From assembly GCA_002104905.1 (NCBI GenBank), contig MCFE01000245.1, forward strand, positions 51,345-115,344: 64,000 nt of DNA. Reading direction: 5' to 3'. Both the position numbers and the translations under genes were made by a program. Origin of the DNA: Basidiobolus meristosporus CBS 931.73 (Eukaryota; Fungi; Basidiobolomycota). The notes under the pieces are model-generated. The model did not search any database. It was not told the origin of the DNA and worked only from the letters and a program-made list of their open reading frames with translations. Of this stretch, positions 1 to 11,942 are shown piece after piece (position 1 is the first letter of the stretch; every line of letters starts with the position of its first letter).

Positions 1-1021
1 ACTCTTTGCTAAGATACATCAAGACCGGAATTTGTGGAATGATGGTACCCTGGCTATATGTCGGAATGTGCTTCTCAACCTTTTGCTGGCACACCGAAGA
101 CCATTACACCTATTCGATCAACTACATGCATTGGGGCGAGACCAAAACCTGGTATGGAATCCCCTCATCAGAAGCCGCGAAATTCGAGGAGACGATGAAA
201 AAAACTGTGCCGGAATTGTTCGAGCAGACCCCGGACCTCTTGTTCCAGCTTGTTACCATCATGTCACCTAAAACATTGACAGAGAATGGAGTCAAGGTTT
301 GTGCATTGGATCAGCGTGCCGGCGAGTTCGTCATTACATTCCCTCAGGGCTATCATGCAGGCTTCAGCCATGGAGTAAGTTTGTCGCTCGACTATTTTCC
401 ATTCTTTCAAGGCTAACCACAGTTCTCCCAGCTCAATTTTGGTGAAGCCGTCAATTTTTGTCCCAAGGACTGGCTTCCATTCGATTTGGATTGCGCTCTG
501 CTGTACAAGCAGTTCAAAAGAGTCCCAGTTTTCTCCCATGACGGACTTCTGGTTACCATTGCCAATGAAGACCATTCTCCAGACACTGCCAAATGGTACT
601 ATTTCTCTCCATGCTAGGATTTAGCAATTTTGGTAACATTTACCATGTTTAGGCTGACTGTGCATTTGGAGGAGATGCAGGCCCGCGAGCTTCGAGACAG
701 AGAACAGTTACGTAAATGCTCTCATACTGTGTTGGAGTATTTAGATAGCGCAGAGCCAACCGAAGATCAAATGCGATGCTCCTATTGCAACACACTGAAC
801 TATTTGAGCTCTTTGACTTGCCGTTGTGGTAGCAAATATACGTGCTTGGACCACGGCGAACATGTAAGCACATATCGATCTATATATACACCTGCTCACT
901 CCAACTAACAACCCACTCCGCTTAGCTATGCCAATGCGACCCGTCTACGCTGAAGATGAGGTTGAGATTCACAGACGCACAACTTGGTGAACTCATCCAA
1001 AAAGTCAAAGGTCGACTGTGA
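1..1021 (+). CDS. KDM5: KDM5/JARID1-family JmjC histone H3K4 demethylase, 3' part (5' end is outside the window); about 4 exons
   Basis: JmjC motifs [19 protein letters not shown] and [18 protein letters not shown], then a C5HC2 zinc finger ([20 protein letters not shown]). GT-AG introns near 376, 595 and 864; last exon reads LCQCDPS...KGRL with TGA at 1019-1021. Confidence 0.9.
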
Positions 1022-1751
1022 AGTAGCAAACCTCCAGTGGCTCGATATTTTGCTCGTAGCCATGTCTTGACTGCCTTTCAATCCATCCCAAAATGTAATA
1101 TAGCACTGTTCAGCTAATAAGAGCCATTCTATTCACATGCATCCAACAAAGCCCTCGCGGACCTCGCCGGGCTTTTCCTTTGATAATTTGAACCAACTGC
1201 CTCTGTTTAAATATAATTTAATATCCGATTAAGCAGCCAATGGTTTATTTATTTTGGATGTTGCTCTACAGTGTCAGTACACACGATCACTCATCTATTA
1301 GCGTCTAGTCTACAATCCTAGAGTCCGCCCAGGAAACTTCTTCATATTTTCTCGATTAAATAGTAGAAGTGCTTTACGGAATTATTCGACTCGAAAAAGT
1401 CACTACTGGTGGCGGTGTATTCGATTACATTAGGGGTGGATGGTTCGTGGAGATCTTGTTACCGCGTGCGTTAGGAATTAATGAGTTAGTTTCGGTAATG
1501 TTTGGAGCCTTCCAGAAGTTTAGAAAGGGGTGGACTCTTCGAATCGAGACAGAGACTGCTCACGGTAAATGGGAAATTTGCAAAACTATCAAAAATGTCC
1601 GAGCTTTGAGGAGGTTTCGTAACACTATAGGCGACGGGCGGGAAGAAGCGTTGGGTATATGGATTGGAGGGCTTAAAAAGAGACTTGTAGATGGCGGATT
1701 TTGGGTCATCAAGGCCGGCTGATGAGGTTTTGATTCGGCTTACTTGTTGAA

Positions 1752-3973
1752 CTATTGCATACGGCAGATGGAGTTGTTTTCTTTGGCAAGCTTTGCTAGC
1801 ATGAGATCCCGCTGTTGTTCTATTGTCTGGACCACGGTTCCTTGCTCGACATAGCTCTGTAGCTCCGTAATCAATTCCTTCTTCCAATTGAATCTAATGG
1901 AGAACACGCCCACAACTGGCTTGTGATCCGATCCATACATTTCCATCAAGCCTTCGTAGCGAAGGACATCTATTTCCCCGGTCAGGGATTTGTAGAGTAT
2001 TCGGTCAGTCCACGATGGGATTCTAGCTTTGGGGCTCGAGTCATAAATATGTCTAAGTGAGGGGGGCATGGAGTCGGAGAGCGACGATTCGGAGCTCATA
2101 AACGTTTGCCCGGTGTGTGGGACGTCGAACTTGTATGTAGGCGGGAAAGTAATTGGCGCCTCCTCGAAATTCGGAAACACCGTTCCCTTCTCCCGTTCCT
2201 GAGTAAGTTGGTCGCGATCCAACAAATACTGAAGGGATGTTAGAGACGCACCCGAGGGTCAGCCTAATATGCGTACTCACTCCGTAATCACCAGAGCTTA
2301 GCTTAGCATCGATGGTTCTACGATCTCCTTCCACCCGATAATTCAGGTCGCCCACCCAGAAAGTATAATCAAACCGGTCGCTCACTGTGACCGGCTTTTG
2401 ACCTAAATTAGAGCCGTGAGCTTCAATCCCAACCGCACGTTCGTGTCCGACGTACCTGGGGGATAGGTTTTGTATCCATTTAGTCTAAGTTCTTTGTCTA
2501 TACGTTTGTAGTCGTAATTTCTATCGGCAACTTTTCCTTGGTGTGCTGGAGGGTTGTTAGTCGGCGTCCGAACAATCTCTAACACGGTGTGTACTCACCA
2601 GTAAAGTGGCTATTTACAAAAAGCAACGAGGTGGTTCCAAACAAGACTGAAATCCCAACCCCTCCTTTGTTCCCAATCACACCACCAATACCTGTCGCTA
2701 CCTGAGCCGAGTGAGTGGCTGAGCATTCGAATATGAATGGTTACTAACGGCCGAATAGGTTCCTGTAGCGAATCCACCATACCTTTGATCCAATGCCTAC
2801 AATCTCTCCACACGAACACTGCTAGATGCAATGCAGCCATGGTTTCGGATTTTACAAGCACATACTGGGGACTCAGGAGCTTCACCAGCTGTCTTTCCCA
2901 CTCTTCCTTGGAAGGAAACAGCACTGACTCTGAGATGGGCCTTTGACATTCTTGGGTGCCAATGACCAGAAAATGGTATGGGTGCCCCGTCTGGTGACTG
3001 AGGTATGGGGTGACGCTAGGAGTTTCCTGGGTGGGTTTCTCGATGAACGGGTCTAAATTTTTTGGCGGCGGCTGCGATGGATGGTGGTGAGAAGCCAGGA
3101 CCAGTGCGCCAAACCAAGGGCACTTACTTTGCCATACATGTTCCAGGTCCCGCAAAATATCTTGAGGGAATTCTTGTCGGGTGCTTCGTCGCTGGCATCA
3201 AACAAGGTTGAATATCTGTCGGCACTTCGATTTTTGTGTTTGAACACGGATCCCATCACTGTGAGAAAGCTCTTGACAGAGCGGGGTAGAGTCGAATGCC
3301 GAAACGAAGCAGACTCAGTGTCCAGATCTATCCCCGCATCGTCGTTCATGCTGAAGTGGCGTCGCCGGGTGCCTCTGGGTGCTGGCAAGGAAGGCCTTCT
3401 ATCTATATCTGCTCAAGGAGGTTACCATAGGGCTGATCAGCCAACACCACTCACAAACTAACCTGCAAGCCTTCTTTTGCGCAAGTGGCGGATTCTTCTG
3501 ATCCTTTCCCTCTGTCATGCATAATTTCAGTTCTCCAATCTTAAAAACACATTCCCTCACGCACGCTTTACCTGAACTCTCCAGATCTCTTCCTCTTCAT
3601 TCCAGCTTGAATCGGACAGATTCGGCTGCTGTGGAAGCTCTCCGAAGGACTGCGATCCAAAAGAGCCTCTATAGTACTTTCCAAACTTCCCCCTGATCGA
3701 CGTGCGCTCGAAAGATGTCCTTTTCCCTTGCTCCGAATCGTTATGCAGGCTTTGGTCGGTGTCATCCGTCTCGGTGTCGGTATTTCCTCTCTCGCTCTCG
3801 CAAGAAGAATGTGTCAGGGACGATTTGTCGGAGCCAGAAGAATTCTCCAAGTCCCCATCGCAGCTATCGGTGTCGTTCAGCACGGACGGATTCGATTTGG
3901 GGGTTAGGGATGGAGAGAGTATTGAAGCAGTGGTCTCGATGGCAACCCGCACTCCATTCCAAAGCGATGTCAT
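1752..3973 (-). CDS. Inositol polyphosphate 5-phosphatase (IPPc domain), INPP5E-like, with C-terminal CaaX-like CRMQ; multi-exon
   Basis: Motifs IFCGTWNM, VIGTQEC, FWVGDLNYR, PPTYKFD, PSWTDRIL, SDHKPV across ORFs 3053-3388, 2610-3155, 2403-2585, 2053-2385 and 1752-2225. Ser/acidic-rich first exon from ATG at 3973; GTGAG/GTAAG donors between the exons. Confidence 0.88.
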
Positions 3974-4494
3974 TTACGGTTAAATACGAAATACTGCTCG
4001 TATTTGTGCAACTAATCAGGATTTGTGTTTTCGTCAATTTATTCAAGTTGTATTACGGGCAAGATGAACTTGATCAGTAAAAGCGTGAATTCGAGAAGCA
4101 GCGAAGGTATCAAGGTAATCAAGGTGGCCGCTTGGAGGAACGAAAGAGTTGGATTCCTGAGGAGAGGATAAACTTGATGACATCGATGGCGCTTGACTTA
4201 TATAGTCAATGGAAGTCACAAATCCTCCGACAACACTTGATGCACCTTCGGACGGGTCCCAGTCTGATCAAACATAGGCCAGATCTTGACCAGCTCCTAA
4301 CCAACTTTATCTCTGCAGCGGAGAATTCCATTAATGAGGTGCATTGTAGGGATTGTTTCACTTGATATGGCACGAGATACCGCACGGGATACGTCAATGA
4401 TTGCTTTCAATATTGTGAGGCTAAGTGGGTTTATTTATGAGGCGAAATGCAAAAGTCTGGTATGATAGAGCGATGTATAGATGAGGATATGGTC

Positions 4495-5558
4495 TTAGGC
4501 TTGGTTGAAGATTTTCAACTCCGGAAGAATGCGCGAATCAATGGTGATCACTGGTAATTCTTCATTGACATGCTGGAATTCCGCCTCCTCTTCTCTTCCG
4601 AGATTGAGATCGTCCTGGCTCAGCTGACGCACCCTGCCTAGGGCAATGTCTACGGATTGCTGTCCTGCAAAGTCGACCCACTGGTAATCAGTAAACCATG
4701 AATAGACCTTGCGAGGGAAGTTACGCCATCCAATGATGTTGCAAGAAGGCACAAATCCAATAGAAGGCAACTCTGGAAGCGTATCTGCCTGAATGGGGGT
4801 CTCGGGGACTTGCTCTTGTTCGAAGAGCTCGACTACTTCAATCTTTGGCTCCTCAAGTATATCTTCTTGCTCAGTGCCTTGAGTCTGAGTCTGACCCTTG
4901 CTTGCTTCCTCGCTCTTGGTTTCTTGAGCCTCTACTTCCTCGGGCTCCACCAGCGAGTCGTAGCTGCCTTTGCTCAGCCCGTTCAGCACTTCAGCATAGG
5001 CAACTCTACCAACTGCTATTACCCCATCTGCAAATGGTCTATCCTTGTCGCGACTCAAAATAGCACCAACAGGATTGACTTCAGGATCGATAGGTGGAGT
5101 TGGATTGATACGTTCGCGTCGCAAACGCTTGACCTCAGTACTGACTAATTTCTCGACATCCCCGGACTCCTTTCCCTCTTTTACCTCGTAGTCTAGAGCT
5201 GCGGCATCCATGATGGGCTGTTGGTTACATTAATGAGTAGGAATTAGCTCGACAACTCGTAAAGTCATATAGAAATCGATAAAGCTAAACATACTTTCAC
5301 GTACTCCTTAAAGAAATATCTCGACTTATGGATACCATCCCCCGCGGGTGGGGCTAGGTAAACGATGAGCTTACGAGGCATCTCTGAAGTAGCCAGAGGC
5401 TCCTTTGCAATGTGCTCAACCTGTTTAACATAGCGTTCACGTGTTTGTTTGGTCAGATATTTGTCTCTCTGGATCAGCCCGAGTATACTTCCGGTAACTC
5501 CAAAGAAAATCAAGGTTCCTCTGGAGGGGAGCTTTGGCTTTTTAAACCAACTAGACAT
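4495..5558 (-). CDS. TIM54: Mitochondrial inner membrane translocase subunit Tim54; 2 exons
   Basis: N-terminal KLPSRGTLIF plus TM segment, PRKLIVYLAPP, AAALDYEV, and GWRNFPRKVYSWF resemble fungal Tim54 blocks. One intron of about 5220-5295. Confidence 0.82.
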
Positions 5559-5915
5559 GTCGGATACTGTGAGCGTGAACTACGATGCGCATTCAGTGTC
5601 AGTCACCCACAGTTTTCACCAAATTTTCACCAAATCCCATCGAAATTTTTTCCAGCTCCACCTCTTCGCTGGAAGCCACTGGCACACGAAAGGTGCATAG
5701 ATCAGTGATTAAATGAGCAGAATCTAAACCAAGCTTCCAAGACGAAGCAGTCATCACACGTGCGAATCCCCATGTCTTAAAGGTGAGCGTGAATGCAGTA
5801 TCCAATAAGAAGTGGGTGAGGAGCAAAAAACTCGGCAAGAATAAAATCACCCGATCCTGCCAAACACCATTCCTTCTCTTTTTACCAGTTGGTGATTAGC
5901 AAGACTTTATCAGCC

Positions 5916-6293
5916 ATGCCTGCCGCCAGACAAACCAAAGCCAAGAAGGTCACTTACAAGTTCACCTTGGACTGCAGTGGTCCCGCCAACGACAAGATCT
6001 TCGATGCTGCTGCCTTCGAGAAGTTCCTTCACGATCGCATCAAGGTTCAAGGTCGCACCAACAACCTTGGTGACATCGTTTCCATCAAGCGCGGTGATGA
6101 TGCCAAGATCACTGTTGTCTCCACCCAAGCTTTCTCCAAGCGTTACCTTAAGTACCTTACCAAGAAGTTCTTGAAGAAGCACAACCTTCGTGACTGGCTC
6201 CGTGTCATTGCCACCAACAAGACCACCTACGAGCTCAGATACTTCAACATTGCCAACCAAGAGGAGGAGGAAGAGGAATCCGATGAGGAATAA
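5916..6293 (+). CDS. RPL22: 60S ribosomal protein eL22
   Basis: [14 protein letters not shown]...[12 protein letters not shown] and [25 protein letters not shown], acidic tail, strong codon bias. ATG at 5916. Confidence 0.97.
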   Translation: MPAARQTKAKKVTYKFTLDCSGPANDKIFDAAAFEKFLHDRIKVQGRTNNLGDIVSIKRGDDAKITVVSTQAFSKRYLKYLTKKFLKKHNLRDWLRVIATNKTTYELRYFNIANQEEEEEESDEE

Positions 6294-6455
6294 GCGTCTC
6301 CCCACTAGAATCCCTTTAAAATGTCTTTTAAATATTGACAATAAACTCTTGTAAGTGTTTGGTCAACCGAGAACCCGTTAATTCGATGGATGCACGGAAA
6401 GAGTGTAGATACGTAATTGATTTATTGTTGAGAAATACTTGTGAAATGCATGTGA

Positions 6456-7970
6456 TTATTCTGAGGCAGGTTGTTCCGAGGGCTTGGCCAGTTTCTTTGC
6501 AACAACCTCACGGAGAGAGGCCCATTGGTCAGCAGGCACATAGGACTTAACCTCCTCCACTGCCTTCTTGGCGTCTTCCAGTCGGCCGCTCTCGGTATAA
6601 GTGTCGACCATCATCCCGAGAGTCTGGCTGGTGCATTTACCAAGAGAGTTCAGCTGCTCAAAGATCACCTTCTTGGCCATCTCTGGCTTCTGAAGAGTAT
6701 AGCATGTTTGAATCAGGGAAGTGAATACAGCCTCATCAGGAGTGAGGTTGTACTTCTCCAAGTCTTGATAGTAGTGAATGGCTTGGTTAAGGTTTCCATA
6801 TCTACCAAATTGAGTGATCAAGTTGGTGAATGTTTGGATATTTGGCCGAGTGCGGGATTTTCTCATTTGGGAGAAGATTTCTTTCACCTTGGCCATTTCC
6901 TGTGCATTGCCGAAACCAGTGATCAACGTGTTGAATGTTGCGGTGGCTGGACGAAGCCCGAGTTCAGGGAGGCTATTGTACACCTTCATGGCCGAATCTA
7001 AGTCTCCGTTCTGCATGTATCCCTTAATGAGAATGTTGATTGTCACCACATCGGGTGACACCTCGTATTTTTTCAGATCCTCATTGAATATTTTCTCCAT
7101 GCTGGTGATATCATTCTGCTTGACATAGCCATTGAGCAAGGAGTTGAATGTCCGTATGCTTGGCTTGATCCCGGAGGCGGTCAGCCTGTCAAACATCTTG
7201 AGAGCAGACTGCATGTCATCATGATAGACATATCTGGAGATAAATACATTGTGGGCCACGGGTCCAGTTTTGATGCCGCGCTTCTCCATCTCTACCAAAA
7301 GTCCCTTGGCCTCTTCCACCTTATTCGCCTCCAATCTGGAGGTAACCAGCACACCAAAGGTATTATCATCTGGCTCGTATCCATCGGCAAGAAGTTGTGC
7401 GTACATCGCATCAAGTTGCGAAATATTGTTGGTGGATTTACAAATAGCGCCCATAACGATATTATAATGGGTGAGAGTGGGCTTGACTTTCGAATCGTTC
7501 TTCAGCCTTTCCCACAGCTCGAGTGCGCCCTTGTTGTCTTTATATTTCAGGATATTTTTAAACAAGTGGCTGTAGTTTTCCTCGGTGTATTCCAGGCCAG
7601 ATTTGGCTATATCCTCAAACACCTGCTGGGATTTTCTTTTGTCGAAGTATTGAAGCAGTACGTCGTAATCCTCGCTACTGAAACCCCCTTTCCCGTCGAC
7701 CCCGTGGTCTTGATAGAGTGTCCAAGCATCACGGAAATGATGGTTGTCAATGGCACTGCGTAAATCTTCTTTCCAGTTGAGCCCTTCTGGATTTTGAATG
7801 TTGGCGTTAAATACGACATTCGCAGCATATTGAAATGCTCGAAAGTTCACCAGGCTTCCGGTCCGTGCAAGGTTGAGCTTGGAAAGGTTGTGAGCTAATG
7901 CAGAGGCCGGTGTACCACCAATACTGGGATACCTCAAAGGCAGAGCTAACTTGGAGAGAATGCTATTCAT
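6456..7970 (-). CDS. Pentatricopeptide-repeat (PPR) protein, probably mitochondrial; single exon
   Basis: Tandem ~35-aa repeats such as PTLTHYNIVMGAICK, PSIRTFNSLLNGYVK, PDVVTINILIKGYMQ, PNIQTFTNLITQFGR. Basic presequence-like N-terminus. First ATG at 7970 (the ORF track starts at an upstream GTG, 8042). Confidence 0.9.
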   Translation of the reverse strand: MNSILSKLALPLRYPSIGGTPASALAHNLSKLNLARTGSLVNFRAFQYAANVVFNANIQNPEGLNWKEDLRSAIDNHHFRDAWTLYQDHGVDGKGGFSSEDYDVLLQYFDKRKSQQVFEDIAKSGLEYTEENYSHLFKNILKYKDNKGALELWERLKNDSKVKPTLTHYNIVMGAICKSTNNISQLDAMYAQLLADGYEPDDNTFGVLVTSRLEANKVEEAKGLLVEMEKRGIKTGPVAHNVFISRYVYHDDMQSALKMFDRLTASGIKPSIRTFNSLLNGYVKQNDITSMEKIFNEDLKKYEVSPDVVTINILIKGYMQNGDLDSAMKVYNSLPELGLRPATATFNTLITGFGNAQEMAKVKEIFSQMRKSRTRPNIQTFTNLITQFGRYGNLNQAIHYYQDLEKYNLTPDEAVFTSLIQTCYTLQKPEMAKKVIFEQLNSLGKCTSQTLGMMVDTYTESGRLEDAKKAVEEVKSYVPADQWASLREVVAKKLAKPSEQPASE

Positions 7971-8149
7971 ATTGAACCGAGGCGTTTCCTTGACTATATG
8001 TGCATATATATGTAGCGCAACCAAAATTTTTCGAAGTGCCACTCTCGCAATTTCCTAATACGGTTCACTGCTTTTTTGTTTATTAAGTTGGCTATTGTTG
8101 GGTTGGTAGATTAGATGTAAACAAAATTCAATCGAGACAAAATTATTGA

Positions 8150-10704
8150 TTAAAGCTCTATACTATTTTCGCTGCTATATTCACTCTCGGAACTCTCCGA
8201 CGATTCACTACTCTCGGAAGATTCGGTGGATAGATCCGACTCAGAAGAGCTACTACTCCAAGACATCCTGGACAGCGGAATCACTTCTACTCCGTCCAAT
8301 TCGACAGGATTGACTTCCATCTCGTCGTATTGGTCTTCGTCCTCGTCCTCGTCTTCGTCTTCGTCTTCGTTGTTTAGCATCAAGTAGGCATCGCTATTCT
8401 CTTGATTAGCTCCGAACATTCGATACGTTGATGCGGCGACAATCAGTGATATGGATCCCACCAGAGCAATTATTGGTAGTAAAGTGTTTGTGGACGGTTT
8501 GGCCTTCGTAAGGTTGGGGTCTATGGCGGTTTCTGGGACCCCTTCATTCTCCGAACGTTCCAAAACTGGCTCATGCTTTGCTCCATAAAAGTCCAGAGTC
8601 CAGGAATGCAGTATTCCAACTTTCTCTGGATTGTGGTCATCTATGACAGTAAGGGTCCAATTACCTACAACAGGCTCATCCCTACAAACTGATTAGCGCA
8701 GTGCAGGTACACTTTTAAAGATGGAAGACATTACCAGTGCTGGACAGACATGAAAGTCCAGTTTTTAAACCCCTGCTCGCTACTGTCGAGCGGTCGACCA
8801 GGCGAAAGTACTGAGGTCACATTGTTAGGGGAGGTAAGATAAACCTCCACGTCTCCACGCAGTTGGTGCGATATATCAACGGTTACTGTAACATGCTCCA
8901 AAAGATTCAGAAGATGGTTTTGGGCCGCTTCGGTCGAAACGGCAAATGTCTGCTTAATGCCAGCGCTACTGAACGGAATCGCTTGATCCACTTTCAGTAA
9001 GCCGGAGCTATAATGCACCTGTGGTCCAACTGATTCATAACTTTTGGATGCCTCGATGAGCTGGTAGGCATCAAGTTTTCCAAAGCCGTATTTGTGATTG
9101 AACTTCAGCCCAGAAGTGGTGTTTTTCCAATCGGGGTCATCCAGAGAGAATGGTTGAGCAGAGCGAACAGTGAGGTGTTGAACATCCCGCCAGTGAAGGT
9201 CAGGCCTAACCGACAATACAAGCGCAAACAGCCCAGCGGCTAATGGGGCAGCAGCTGAGGTGCCTCCGTGCTTATCTGTGCAAACATCACTGCCCACATC
9301 CGTAGTAAACTAATTTGAGAACACATTAGCCTGCGATCTCTCGCAACAGGTCGATGAGATAGTTACAATTCCGCCGCCATTAGCACCACTGCTGTAGGTG
9401 ACGGCCAGCTGAGCTGAACACTGTTCGGAGTAAAACGGCTGTTGGTCGTTGCGGTCAATAGCTCCAATCGATACCGTGTATATGCTATTGACGTAACCAT
9501 CAAAATTACAGTTGTCACTCTCACCACCGTTCCCAGTGGCGAACACAAAGATGCTACCCTTTCCATCCCGCCCTTGGGTAACTCCAGAAACCAGAGCATC
9601 CTGAATTACCTGGCTGGGTCCGTCCATCGAGATGCCATCGTCAGCAGGCCCCCAGCTACACGAATAGATGTGGTTTTTCTGGTTCTGGTAAACCAATGCT
9701 AGCGCCTCGTCTACATCGCTTATTTCCTCCGAGAGGATTCGGATTCCTAGTAATGCTCTTTAATCAAACTAACCATGGGGCACTCTGAGTTTTGAGCATC
9801 ACGTTACCGGCAACCTTGGAGCCGAACGCTACCCCCACTCCACAAACGCTATTATTGGCGGCGGCGATTTCTCCGGCACATCTTGTTCCATGATAATCGT
9901 CTGGCAACCTAGGCTTGGGCACGGCGGAGCGGTCATTGAAGTCGTAGGATCCTTCAGCAAACTGAAATCACTGGTTAATGCATCAATACACCAAATCGCA
10001 TGTTTACGGCAGCATCATACATAATTAGTCTTTAGGTCCTCGCTGTCCATATCCAGCCCATCATCCAACAGTGCAACAACTACATTCTCTCCAAATATTC
10101 CTAGAATTCGAAATACTTGTTAATATACGGCGTAAGGAGCGCTGGTTAGAAAGCTGAATCACCTTGTTGCCACACCTTCAGAACATTCAGGTCGTTTCCT
10201 ACGTTCTCCGTGTTTTGCTACATAGTTGTTAAATAATTGATGCAAATTTTGTTCTTAAATTTACTGCAACTCACTAGATGCCATTGTTTTGGGAACCCGG
10301 GATCTCGTAGCATAGTTACGTTGAACACCGGCTTATTTGGGACGGTGCTCTGATTTCGCTGAGGTGGGATGGGGCCTCTCTTGATTCGCCTCCGAAACGA
10401 TTCTTTGTGGAGGTGCTGAATGTGTTTCGACACGAAACTGTCCCGCTTTTCAAGGGAACCTTCAAGAACAGGCTAGATTTTTAGGCCCAGAAAATAAATG
10501 ATAATCACCAAGGCTGCTCAATCTCCCCAAGTATTTAACTCCAAGCTGCTTTGAAATCATCTCTGGCGTGGCCGAAGCATGTACCCGAATTGCATAATGA
10601 TCATTTGCACGGTTGCGATTGGTATACCAAGCGGGTAGAGAACCCTCAGCAACACAGTACGATGCCAAGACAAACAACAGAAGGGATGCACTTGTTTGCC
10701 ACAT
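8150..10704 (-). CDS. KEX2: Kexin/furin-like subtilisin proprotein convertase; multi-exon
   Basis: Signal peptide [17 protein letters not shown]; S8 catalytic motifs [41 protein letters not shown]; P-domain [15 protein letters not shown]; TM segment followed by an acidic/Ser-rich cytosolic tail. Confidence 0.95.
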
Positions 10705-11045
10705 AATAACAATAGACGGCTACCTGGTTATTTCTAAAGCTAATACATAAATAATTCAAAGACTTCAGGCTAAACTAATTCTATCGCTCCGAAACCTTTC
10801 TAGGCGTTATATACAAAGCATTCTAATGGACTTGAGCGATGATTTGTCACATTAAGAAAATGGAACTTCGAAAATCTCCTTTGTGCTACTATGACGTGAC
10901 TTGAATTTTGTCACAATAACCCAAGTTGGCTCAAGAGTTAACCACCACCAACGCAATCGTTGATTAATGGAACTCCACAGTAGATGCTTGGAAAAGCAAA
11001 CATCTAGCTAAGACGTATGCAGTCTTAATCAACAGTTATACTCAA

Positions 11046-11942
11046 TTAAGCATTTTGTTTATATTTGTGATATCCAAGGTCATCATCAACATCCTTGTAC
11101 ACAACTTCCATAGTTTCAACACCTATATATTCATATTCATCATGACTCAAAATTTTATATTTGACATCCACCTCACCTTTCATTACTGATGTCAAGACCT
11201 GAGGCCAAGCTTTTCCAGAATCAGCGTTGAGACATTGTCCCTGAGATGCTTTCAACGCTTGATTCAATATAGTTAGTCTAACCCATACATATGACAAGCA
11301 AGTTGAAGCGGCCTGGTCCTCATGTGTGGTATAACCTACTGCTGATAACCCAGAAGAATCTAGGAAAATCTCGCTTTCAAAGCTCTAACATCCCCCAAAA
11401 CTTCCGGTCAAATACCCGAGATGAACACCAGCAAAAGTTGCACCTTTCAGTTCTGTGACACCCATACCCTCCAATGCTTAGCAACATGCAGCAGAGTCGA
11501 AATCCCTTCCGATACTACCCAGATTCCCACCATGGTTACAGCCACTCTGGAATGATCCCGGAGCTCAGTGGTTTGTAGAACAAAACCAAGGCGCATCTGG
11601 ATTGTTGAAAGCCATAGAACATCTGTCAAACACCACTCTGCTGCATTGCGCAGTGTCGCAGGATTGTAAACTCGTATGTTAGCACCAACCCATCAAGGAA
11701 TATTGATGGAGGCAGACACGATGCATTACGGATACTAGTTGAGAAGTGGAGGTAGCAATTGGTATCACACCATTACTACTATTTGTGGCAATCTCATTGT
11801 TGATAACAAGGCTTAAAGCTCCAAAACTTGTAATGGATGGTGAGTTGATGAGATGATGATAAACGCTTGGCAGGATTCTTAAACTCTTATTATTTCCCAG
11901 TTGCATCGGGGTATTGAATGCTAGAAGGAGTAGATTCGTCAA
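11046..11942 (-). pseudogene. Putative decayed gene of unknown family: a 299-codon frame with 4 internal stops
   Basis: ORFs 11679-11942 and 11046-11297 are in the same frame, and the gap between them holds only three more stops (TGA, TAA, TAG). The translation is Cys/Gly-rich; I recognise no domain. Confidence 0.4.

Noticed and set aside
1369-1887. ORFs 1369-1722 (+) and 1486-1887 (-)
   Set aside because: They overlap the end and 3' UTR of the phosphatase gene and have no recognisable motif.
4132-4397. Short ORFs between the phosphatase gene and TIM54
   Set aside because: No motif or splice support; likely UTR or promoter sequence.
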